Shown here piece after piece: positions 5,977 to 7,021 of a stretch of 7,021 bases of DNA. Every line of letters starts with the position of its first letter. Position 1 is the stretch's first letter. Under the pieces are notes generated by a model that saw only the letters and a program-made list of their open reading frames with translations, ran no database searches and was not told where the DNA came from. The stretch is taken from the NCBI RefSeq assembly GCF_006345805.1, contig NW_021829036.1:1-7021 (forward strand), in the 5' to 3' direction. The translations under genes were made by a program, and so were the position numbers. The stretch is from Octopus sinensis. Lineage: Eukaryota.

Positions 5977-6062
5977 ATGTATGTATGCATGTATGTATGT
6001 ATGTATGTATGTATGTATGTATGTATGTATGTATGTATGTGTGTGTGCTTGTGTGTGTATGT
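5268..6062. repeat. Compound (TATG)n/(TG)n/(TA)n microsatellite, about 0.8 kb
   Basis: Direct reading. It is the source of all the YVCM and HTYI 'ORFs'. Confidence 0.97.
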
Positions 6063-6158
6063 CTGTCATTTCGTTATATTTCAAGATTTCTTGAAAGAAC
6101 CGGTTTCTAACCTACATCCAAAGCTCCTTCATTGGAATTTCAACATCAACACGGTATG

Positions 6159-6240
6159 TATGAGCCAATGAAGACCACTACATGGCTGATAGACTTGGTA
6201 GAAATAGAGCCCAAATCTCCCTCAAATCACCCCTACTGTT
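6159..6240 (+). repeat. Solitary, more diverged monomer (type C) related to the A/B minisatellite
   Basis: TATGAGCCAATG...GACTTGGTAGAAATAGAGCCCAAATCTCCCTCAAATCACCCCTACTGT shares both ends of monomers A and B but has a different middle. Confidence 0.8.
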
Positions 6241-6295
6241 TTATGTATATGTACACCGTTTTCAAATGCAATGGACCGAAAAAAGTAAGATGTTC

Positions 6296-6347
6296 CTCCA
6301 GCATGGCCACAGTCAAATGACTGAAACAAGTAAAAGAATAAAAGAAT
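6296..6347 (+). mobile_element. SINE 3'-tail-only fragment (copy E)
   Basis: CTCCAGCATGGCCACAGTCAAATGACTGAAACAAG followed by the octamer repeat (TAAAAGAA)2. Confidence 0.88.
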
Positions 6348-6368
6348 GCAGGAATATACGTGTATATA

Positions 6369-6530
6369 GGCGTAGGCGTGGCTGTTTGGTAAGAAGCTTG
6401 CTTCCCAACCACGTGGTTCCGGGTTCAGTCCCACTGTGTGACACCTTGGGTAAGTGTCTTCTACTATAACCTCTGACCCTCCAAAACCTTGTGAGTGGAT
6501 TTAGTAGATGGAAACTGAAAGCAGATCGTC

Positions 6531-6574
<44 letters not shown>

Positions 6575-6576
6575 AA

Positions 6577-6630
<54 letters not shown>

Positions 6631-6831
6631 TGTAGCTTTGTTTGTCACCGAACATCGCTTGGCAACCGATGGTAGTGTGTTTACGTCCCAGTAACTTAGC
6701 GGTTCGGCAAAAGAGACCACCGATAGAATAAGTACTAGGCTTCTAAAGAATAAGTCCTAGGGTCGATTTGCTCAACTAAAGGTGATGCTCCAGCATGGCC
6801 ACAGTCAAATGACTGAAACAAGTAAAAGAGT
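6369..6831 (+). mobile_element. Full-length OR-type SINE (copy D)
   Basis: GGCGTAGGCGTGGCTGTTTGGTAAG head, GGGTTCAGTCCC B box, CCTTGGGTAAGT CORE-like segment, internal (TA)n(TG)n, right arm, and tail ending AAGTAAAAGAGT. Confidence 0.92.
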
Positions 6832-6833
6832 AT

Positions 6834-6876
<43 letters not shown>

Positions 6877-7021
6877 CTGTCTGTGTTTGTCCTCCATCAT
6901 CGCTTGACAACCGATTTCGGTGTCTTACGTCCCCGTAACTTAGCGCTCCAACATAAAGAGACCGATAGAATAAGTACTAGACTGACAAAGAATAATCCTG
7001 GGGACGATTCGTTCGACTAAA
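6832..7021 (+). mobile_element. Additional SINE right arm preceded by (TA)n(TG)n, more diverged, running off the window end (copy F)
   Basis: CATCGCTTGACAACCGA...CCCCGTAACTTAGCG...ACCGATAGAATAAGTACTAGAC matches the right arms of copies A and D. Confidence 0.88.

Noticed and set aside
5199-6171. Long ORFs of 96-221 aa in many frames
   Set aside because: (TATG)n and (TG)n lack stop codons. Simultaneous open frames on both strands are an artefact.

Overview
This is a eukaryotic, AT-rich, microsatellite-saturated region with no supportable intact host gene. The tRNA-derived SINE family in it looks like the Octopus OR-type SINEs, so the source is probably an octopus (recognised from memory, not by database search). 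The window is mostly nested mobile DNA. From left to right: a disrupted DD37D (maT/Bmmar1-like) transposase relic (1-260); a full SINE (615-1133); two head-to-tail 3' fragments of a CR1/L2-group LINE (1301-1958); long (TA)/(CA) tracts; a dimeric (A-B, about 207 bp) minisatellite present in both orientations (3058-3350 and 4141-4992) around a split SINE (3352-4074); a 5'-truncated RTE-like LINE end with two C2H2 fingers inserted into that minisatellite with a target-site duplication (4547-4807); a palindromic mariner-derived MITE-like element (5046-5262); about 0.8 kb of (TATG)n; and further SINE copies (6296-7021). Nearly all listed ORFs are microsatellite translation artefacts. The most interesting signals are: the shared, structurally covarying 3' hairpin of the SINE and the CR1-like LINE (a candidate SINE-LINE partner pair); the inverted higher-order minisatellite (a possible long dsRNA); and several junctions that look like template-switch products.
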